In this document: positions 62,401 to 64,000 of the stretch, piece after piece
Numbering within the stretch: the stretch's first letter is position 1
How the letters are laid out: each line of letters opens with the position of its first letter
NCBI GenBank assembly: GCA_977017645.1
Contig: OZ360242.1
Location: 28,520,001-28,584,000 of the forward strand
Direction of reading: 5' to 3'
Origin: Torpedo marmorata
Lineage: Eukaryota
Length of the DNA stretch: 64,000 nucleotides
Translations under genes and position numbers: made by a program
The notes under the pieces: generated by a model
The model's database searches: none
Seen by the model: the letters and a program-made list of their open reading frames with translations, nothing else
Told to the model about the DNA's origin: nothing

Positions 62401-64000
62401 AGAGTCACATTCCAGTGCTTCATTGGAAAGACCTAGATGACTCGCGGGCAACCAACTACAGTAGCTTCCAATTTAACTTAGTTCAAGTTCCTTTGCAATG
62501 TTCCAAGGATTTCTGATGCAATTATGACTCTCTTTTGCTTCTCTTTCTCTGACTGTAAAGGGCCACAGGCAATTTCTGCTGATGGTGAATCTTTGTCTGC
62601 CTTAAGGCAGACTAAAGGCAATTATGTGTAATATTACATCTGTTTTATTACATGACAATAAAAGAATCTTGAATATCCAAAGGTGCCTGTTTGAATTTCC
62701 AGCATATGACTGCTCAACCAGAATTGATTATTTTTGTGTTTCACTGCAAAACACGTTCAATTGCATAATGATGGAAAAAAACAATGCACAGCTGAATTTT
62801 CAGTGTGTGATCTTTCCTGGAGATTAAACCTGATCAACATGCTCTGGCAGAAACAGAGAAATTCATGCTTTGTTTTCCACTCTTCTCAAATTCTATGCCC
62901 ATTTCCAAACCTCACTCTGATGCCCACCTGGTTCTCATTCCTGAACAATATCTTTTCCAAATGTAGACAACGTCTGCCATGACTGTCTGGAGCTGAAGTA
63001 GCACAACAGGTACCATTGGCCCTGTTGTGAAAACTTATATTGTGCATGAATTTCTGGAGTATCAAAGGCTGGTATTTGGAGGTAGGAGGGGTTAGAATCA
63101 AGAGTGGGATTCTGGTAGTTAGTGTTGGCAAGATGGGTTGATGACATTGGCAGTTGTTGAACAGGTTGGGGCTTGAGAGATCACATATACATTTGAGAGA
63201 CTGGAAGTGGAGACTGGCAGTAGGTTTGGTGATTAGTGGCAGGGGGAGGGGGAAATAGGAGGCTTTCAGACCTTCGGGGGAAGAAGAAAATCAGGAGGTT
63301 GGGATGAGAAGGAATTGAGAGCGTGGTTTCAGTACAAGTGGGTAAGCGCAGGGTGGGATATAATTTACTTGTCTTGAGTTCTCCCAGTTTGATGTTCTTC
63401 TGAGAAGAATATGTTGTCCAAGGAGAACCCAACTGCAGCAGCCCTCCAAAGCCAACATGACCCAAGTTTGCCTTCAATACTCCTGTGTCAACATTCCATG
63501 AGCCCATGAAGTGGAAATGGGAGTGAGAATGACTCAAGCCATGTAATGCCCAGTCAAATTTCCAAGTGAAGCAAATGGTTGTTAATGCGTTTCATACTGG
63601 GGGAAAAATAGTTTCCCAATTGCACAATGTTGAAACATGTGTTATGCCACTGAATTTTAATGCAGTTCAAATTTGATATTGGGCTCACTATATCATGACA
63701 TCTGAATTGTAAACTGCATAGCATGTATTATAATTAGTGGCAACGTTCATACTACCTTGCAGACAGCTGAATGGTTTGTGGTTCTAAAAGTAGAGCTGAA
63801 AAGTAACAATGGGCCTTGCTAAAGTTTGTGGCATTGTACTTCCAGACACACTGTCATAAATTCAGCAGACTTCCAGAGAATCCTTGGAAAAATGGCAGAA
63901 ATTCAAACAGTAAAAATTACAGTAGCAGCTCACATCTCGTGTCTCTTGGTTGAACCGATCCACAAATTCTGCCAGGTTTTGGATGGGTTGGTAATTCATT
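2078..64000 (-). CDS. Large multi-exon mesothelin/otoancorin/stereocilin-superfamily gene (partial; 32 exons in window, ~1340 aa, open at both ends)
   Basis: 32 exons bounded by AG/GT join in one frame with every phase matching. The central part resembles mature mesothelin (QLEACL...[20 protein letters not shown]...W.IT..ETL.AL; YF..IKPFLGGA...DL......INMDFATF..L; GL.GGIP). Confidence 0.9.
2555..2791 (-). mobile_element. tRNA-derived V-SINE (HE1-like)
   Basis: Minus strand shows a tRNA-like head and the core GTTCTCCCC..GTCTGC.TGGGTTTCCTCCGG..GCTC.G.TTTCCTCCCAC; several copies in the window. Confidence 0.8.
2795..3420 (+). mobile_element. Degraded CR1-type LINE 3' fragments
   Basis: Similar to the 3' end of the CR1 at 41087; (GTTCTAT)n tail near 3400-3418. 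Confidence 0.55.
3669..3830 (-). CDS. exon 31: [54 protein letters not shown]
   Basis: tttccatAG / GTAAAT, 162 nt, phase 0->0. Confidence 0.87.
4637..4755 (-). CDS. exon 30: [39 protein letters not shown]
   Basis: taactacAG / GTAAGT, 119 nt, phase 1->0. Confidence 0.87.
5590..5965 (-). mobile_element. Penelope-like element terminal fragment
   Basis: Same terminal sequence (..ctggaggaactcagcc..tttcgggcctgagcccttc..) as the GIY-YIG-bearing copy at 53060-53910. Confidence 0.65.
6919..7013 (-). CDS. exon 29: [32 protein letters not shown]
   Basis: tctatattAG / GTAAGG, 95 nt, phase 2->1. Confidence 0.85.
7599..7832 (+). mobile_element. Short solo LTR (234 bp)
   Basis: TG...CA termini, perfect 5-bp TSD AAGGC (7594-7598 and 7833-7837), internal AATAAA. 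Confidence 0.75.
8573..8784 (-). CDS. exon 28: [71 protein letters not shown]
   Basis: ttgtttcAG / GTAAGA, 212 nt, phase 0->2. Confidence 0.88.
9820..9987 (-). CDS. exon 27: [56 protein letters not shown]
   Basis: ttcctttgtAG / GTAAAA, 168 nt, phase 0->0. Confidence 0.85.
10264..10830 (+). mobile_element. Possible solo LTR
   Basis: TGTTT...AAACA ends and AATAAA near the 3' end; no clear TSD. Confidence 0.35.
11075..11700 (+). mobile_element. Penelope-like retroelement reverse transcriptase fragment (disrupted)
   Basis: Broken frames read [37 protein letters not shown] and [15 protein letters not shown]. Confidence 0.8.
11910..12650 (-). mobile_element. Non-autonomous retroelement/SINE with a Rex1-like 3' tail
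   Basis: 3' end (aggcaattttgtgtaatat..ttacatgacaataaa) shared with 50560-51183 and 62525-62675; catgacaataaa is also at the tail of the Rex1 LINE at 28525. Confidence 0.6.
13255..13336 (-). CDS. exon 26: [27 protein letters not shown]
   Basis: ctatgacAG / GTAAGT, 82 nt, phase 2->0. Confidence 0.82.
13645..14003. mobile_element. Tc1/mariner-type (pogo/Tigger-like) MITE
   Basis: TIRs CCGTATATTT.G.CGTATAAGTCG with TA TSD; internal repeats of GTCGACTTATA. Confidence 0.8.
14315..14342 (-). CDS. micro-exon 25 (28 nt): [10 protein letters not shown]
   Basis: caccaaacAG / GTAAGT, phase 1->2; follows an 83-nt intron. Confidence 0.72.
14426..14447 (-). CDS. micro-exon 24 (22 nt): CGNNTYN
   Basis: ttttccccttttAG / GTAAGT, phase 0->1. 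Confidence 0.7.
14556..15299. mobile_element. Non-autonomous Tigger-like DNA transposon, copy 2
   Basis: Same TIRs and internal sequence as 21-742; TA flanks. Confidence 0.85.
15820..16140 (+). mobile_element. Old degraded V-SINE
   Basis: Diverged V-core (ggagtttatacattc...ttttctctcaaatcccaaag). Confidence 0.45.
16307..16326 (-). CDS. micro-exon 23 (20 nt): GPQPNFM
   Basis: Strong attttcttttcAG acceptor and GTAAGA donor, phase 1->0. Confidence 0.65.
16580..17220 (-). mobile_element. Degraded Penelope-like terminal fragment
   Basis: gctggaggaactca motif and an [13 protein letters not shown] remnant resembling the C-terminus of the Penelope ORF. Confidence 0.55.
17665..17824 (-). CDS. exon 22: [53 protein letters not shown]
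   Basis: gattttAG / GTATGT, 160 nt, phase 0->1; ends at the GL.GGIP motif that precedes the GPI signal in mesothelin. Confidence 0.9.
18139..18233 (-). CDS. exon 21: [31 protein letters not shown]
   Basis: ttaattaAG / GTATGT, 95 nt, phase 1->0; compare mesothelin GAPTEDLKALSQQNVSMDLATFMKL. Confidence 0.9.
19411..19544 (-). CDS. exon 20: [45 protein letters not shown]
   Basis: attcacAG / GTATGT, 134 nt, phase 2->1. Confidence 0.9.
19869..19996 (-). CDS. exon 19: [43 protein letters not shown]
   Basis: atttttcAG / GTAAGT, 128 nt, phase 0->2. Confidence 0.88.
20888..21034 (-). CDS. exon 18: [49 protein letters not shown]
   Basis: gaagcAG / GTATCA, 147 nt, phase 0->0; compare mesothelin LYPQGYPESVIQHLG..WNVTSLETLKALL. 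Confidence 0.92.
21801..21979 (-). CDS. exon 17: [60 protein letters not shown]
   Basis: ccttgcAG / GTGAGT, 179 nt, phase 1->0; start of the mature-mesothelin-like domain. Confidence 0.92.
22520..23105 (+). mobile_element. L1/Tx1-clade LINE ORF2 (RT) fragment
   Basis: [15 protein letters not shown]..., [32 protein letters not shown] motifs. Confidence 0.85.
23733..23952. mobile_element. Short MITE sharing TIRs with the 21-742 family
   Basis: (T/C)AGTAAAACCCC...GGGATTTTACTG with TA flanks; internal sequence differs. Confidence 0.8.
23987..24107 (-). CDS. exon 16: [40 protein letters not shown] (furin-type site)
   Basis: atcctgcAG / GTACGT, 121 nt, phase 0->1. Confidence 0.87.
24315..24965 (-). 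mobile_element. CR1-type LINE 3' fragment
   Basis: ORF 24449-24853 remnant ([19 protein letters not shown]); 3' UTR resembles 41087-41300. Confidence 0.75.
25673..25760 (-). CDS. exon 15: [29 protein letters not shown]
   Basis: gtctcatAG / GTACTG, 88 nt, phase 2->0; YG.P..WS..T motif spans the junction. Confidence 0.88.
26343..26533 (-). CDS. exon 14: [64 protein letters not shown]
   Basis: gacttcAG / GTGAGT, 191 nt, phase 0->2; LG.L.CDLPG motif as in mesothelin. Confidence 0.9.
27173..27246. repeat. 36-bp tandem duplication
   Basis: tgtgtctctcgatgaagctat(a/t)aaagctagaaatat twice. Confidence 0.9.
28129..28258 (-). CDS. exon 13: [43 protein letters not shown]
   Basis: ttatttcAG / GTAAGA, 130 nt, phase 2->0; C..FF......NVD.L..G...RQ.LL..A..C matches the mesothelin precursor. 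Confidence 0.9.
28525..29880 (-). mobile_element. Rex1/Babar-type non-LTR retrotransposon, 5'-truncated and frameshifted
   Basis: [43 protein letters not shown] and [10 protein letters not shown] motifs; tail catgacaataaattctggttct. Confidence 0.88.
31246..31331 (-). CDS. exon 12: [29 protein letters not shown]
   Basis: ctcttttcAG / GTACGT, 86 nt, phase 0->2; the QLSC...P.DLLLF motif matches the mesothelin precursor (MPF region). Confidence 0.88.
32660..32780 (-). CDS. exon 11: [40 protein letters not shown]
   Basis: cttatttcAG / GTGAGG, 121 nt, phase 2->0. Confidence 0.87.
33286..33520 (-). mobile_element. V-SINE (HE1-like)
   Basis: Same family as 2555-2791. Confidence 0.8.
33685..34690. 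mobile_element. Cluster of degraded CR1 and Penelope fragments
   Basis: CR1 3' UTR on minus (33685-33820), CR1-like pieces on plus, Penelope terminal motif near 34020-34080. Confidence 0.45.
34980..35085 (-). mobile_element. V-SINE 3' fragment
   Basis: tttcgacatacagcacggtaacaggcc.. tail shared with the full copies. Confidence 0.7.
35376..35425 (-). CDS. exon 10: [17 protein letters not shown]
   Basis: ttttcttcatAG / GTAAGT, 50 nt, phase 0->2; needed to bridge the phases of the flanking exons. Confidence 0.8.
35585..35831 (-). mobile_element. V-SINE (HE1-like)
   Basis: Same family as 2555-2791. Confidence 0.8.
36315..36574 (-). mobile_element. V-SINE (HE1-like), CpG-rich and probably young
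   Basis: Minus strand has A-box-like TGGCGTAGCGG and B-box-like GGTTTGAATCCC followed by the V-core. Confidence 0.85.
37380..37612 (-). mobile_element. Rex1-type LINE 3' UTR fragment
   Basis: Minus strand ends gacaataaatctgaaatctgaa. Confidence 0.55.
37895..38215 (-). mobile_element. CR1-type LINE 3' fragment
   Basis: [28 protein letters not shown] remnant and (GTTCTAT)-type tail. Confidence 0.8.
41087..44153 (-). mobile_element. CR1-clade (HER1-like) LINE with near-complete ORF2 (APE endonuclease + RT) broken by two frameshifts
   Basis: ORFs 43670-44150 ([19 protein letters not shown]), 42055-43713 ([30 protein letters not shown]) and 41177-42112 ([18 protein letters not shown]); (CTATTGT)n tail. 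Confidence 0.93.
44295..45385 (-). mobile_element. L1-clade insertion, 5'-truncated and probably 5'-inverted, with a 15-bp TSD
   Basis: TSD TTATTCTTGTTTTTC at 44280-44294 and 45386-45400; poly(T) at 44295; minus-strand ORF2 C-terminus ([22 protein letters not shown]) around 44700-45090. Confidence 0.82.
46028..46165 (-). CDS. exon 9: [46 protein letters not shown]
   Basis: taacacAG / GTGGGT, 138 nt, phase 0->0. Confidence 0.87.
46278..46336. repeat. ~29-bp tandem duplication inside the 194-nt intron between exons 8 and 9
   Basis: tgaatttaactttttttgt(c/t)tgaaaccat twice. Confidence 0.85.
46360..46530 (-). CDS. exon 8: [57 protein letters not shown]
   Basis: cttttgttAG / GTGAGG, 171 nt, phase 0->0. 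Confidence 0.88.
47511..49686. mobile_element. Non-autonomous DNA transposon (PIF/Harbinger-like) inserted in a (GA)n tract
   Basis: Imperfect 19-bp TIRs AGCCCCTTTTATAGTGCAA / AGGCCTTTTTATAGAGCAA (16/19); AGA on both sides, ambiguous within the microsatellite. Confidence 0.6.
47790..49081. mobile_element. LTR-derived unit with ~325-bp inverted ends: partial LTR (+, 47790-48118) tail-to-tail with a full solo LTR (-, 48123-49081)
   Basis: Both outer ends read TGTTATG.ACCATGACTGACC inward; perfect 4-bp TSD CTGG at 47786-47789 and 49082-49085; the full LTR ends TGTAACA with AATAAA ~65 nt upstream. Confidence 0.8.
49990..50202 (-). CDS. exon 7: [71 protein letters not shown]
   Basis: tttgtgcAG / GTAAGA, 213 nt, phase 0->0. 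Confidence 0.88.
50560..51183 (+). mobile_element. Non-autonomous retroelement/SINE with a Rex1-like tail abutting the exon 6 splice donor
   Basis: 3' end shared with 11910-12650; tail aataaattgaatcttgaac. Confidence 0.65.
51189..51327 (-). CDS. exon 6: [46 protein letters not shown]
   Basis: gcttttAG / GTAAGT, 139 nt, phase 2->0. Confidence 0.87.
51665..52110 (-). mobile_element. Degraded CR1 3' fragment
   Basis: catagaacaatacagcacaggaacaggccc tail; body similar to 37895-38215. Confidence 0.65.
52237..52361 (-). CDS. exon 5: [42 protein letters not shown]
   Basis: tttatgcAG / GTATGT, 125 nt, phase 0->2. Confidence 0.85.
53060..53910 (-). mobile_element. Penelope-like element 3' portion with a GIY-YIG endonuclease remnant
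   Basis: ORF 53465-53698 [43 protein letters not shown]. Confidence 0.88.
55033..55163 (-). CDS. exon 4: [43 protein letters not shown]
   Basis: tgtgacAG / GTACGT, 131 nt, phase 1->0. Confidence 0.85.
55839..55927 (-). CDS. exon 3: [30 protein letters not shown]
   Basis: cccatttAG / GTAATG, 89 nt, phase 2->1. Confidence 0.85.
56265..57030 (+). mobile_element. L1-clade LINE 3' end (ORF2 C-terminal CCHC region plus 3' UTR)
   Basis: [23 protein letters not shown] and [15 protein letters not shown]; G-rich 3' UTR, AATAAA, A-rich tail. Confidence 0.85.
58025..59450 (+). mobile_element. L1-clade LINE 3' fragment
   Basis: [29 protein letters not shown]; ends in (TA)n and AATAAA. Confidence 0.85.
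59385..59438. repeat. (TA)n microsatellite
   Basis: About 27 TA units. Confidence 0.95.
59590..60215 (+). mobile_element. Internally deleted Chapaev3-like (CMC superfamily) DNA transposon
   Basis: TIRs (G/C)ACTGGACAAT...ATTGTCCAGTG, TTA on both sides, transposase C-terminus [47 protein letters not shown]. Confidence 0.75.
60352..60551 (-). CDS. exon 2: [67 protein letters not shown]
   Basis: ttttcttcactttcAG acceptor, GTAAAT donor, 200 nt, phase 0->2; similar to exons 8573-8784 and 2078-2286. Confidence 0.88.
60915..61518. mobile_element. Tc1/mariner-type MITE related to 13645-14003, containing a minisatellite
   Basis: TIRs (GC/CC)(A/G)TATATGCCGG(T/C)GTA; TA flanks; GTATAAGACGACCCC motifs. 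Confidence 0.75.
61151..61446. repeat. 50-bp minisatellite, about 6 copies
   Basis: Unit GGAGCGCTGAGACTTCGCTGTTAAGGTTTGGATTTTATACTTGCCGTGGT with variants. Confidence 0.92.
62525..62675 (+). mobile_element. 3' fragment of the Rex1-tailed SINE family
   Basis: Matches 51040-51183. Confidence 0.65.
63934..64000 (-). CDS. exon 1 in window (truncated by window edge): [22 protein letters not shown]
   Basis: Ends in donor GTGAGC at phase 0; parallels exon 3669-3830 (..[14 protein letters not shown]). Confidence 0.7.

Overview
Eukaryotic, AT-rich vertebrate genomic DNA. The repeat content (HE1/V-type SINEs, CR1/HER1-like LINEs, Penelope, Rex1 and L1 fragments) points to a cartilaginous fish; this is an inference. 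The whole window lies inside one minus-strand gene that is open at both ends. Reading GT-AG junctions by hand gives 32 exons (about 4020 nt, about 1340 codons) that splice into one continuous frame with consistent phases. The product belongs to the mesothelin/otoancorin/stereocilin superfamily. It has helical repeat modules, a furin-type site (RRFTR|AV) and a complete mature-mesothelin-like domain. Where mesothelin ends in a GPI signal, this gene passes through three micro-exons (20/22/28 nt) and restarts the upstream repeat modules, which suggests a tandem multi-module polyprotein. The introns are full of transposons. They include a Tc1 element carrying a CR1 LINE and an apparently 5'-inverted L1, a three-level nest whose core is an LTR unit with two identical ends in inverted orientation and a perfect 4-bp TSD, and an internally deleted Chapaev3-like element. 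No database searches were run; family assignments come from recalled motifs.
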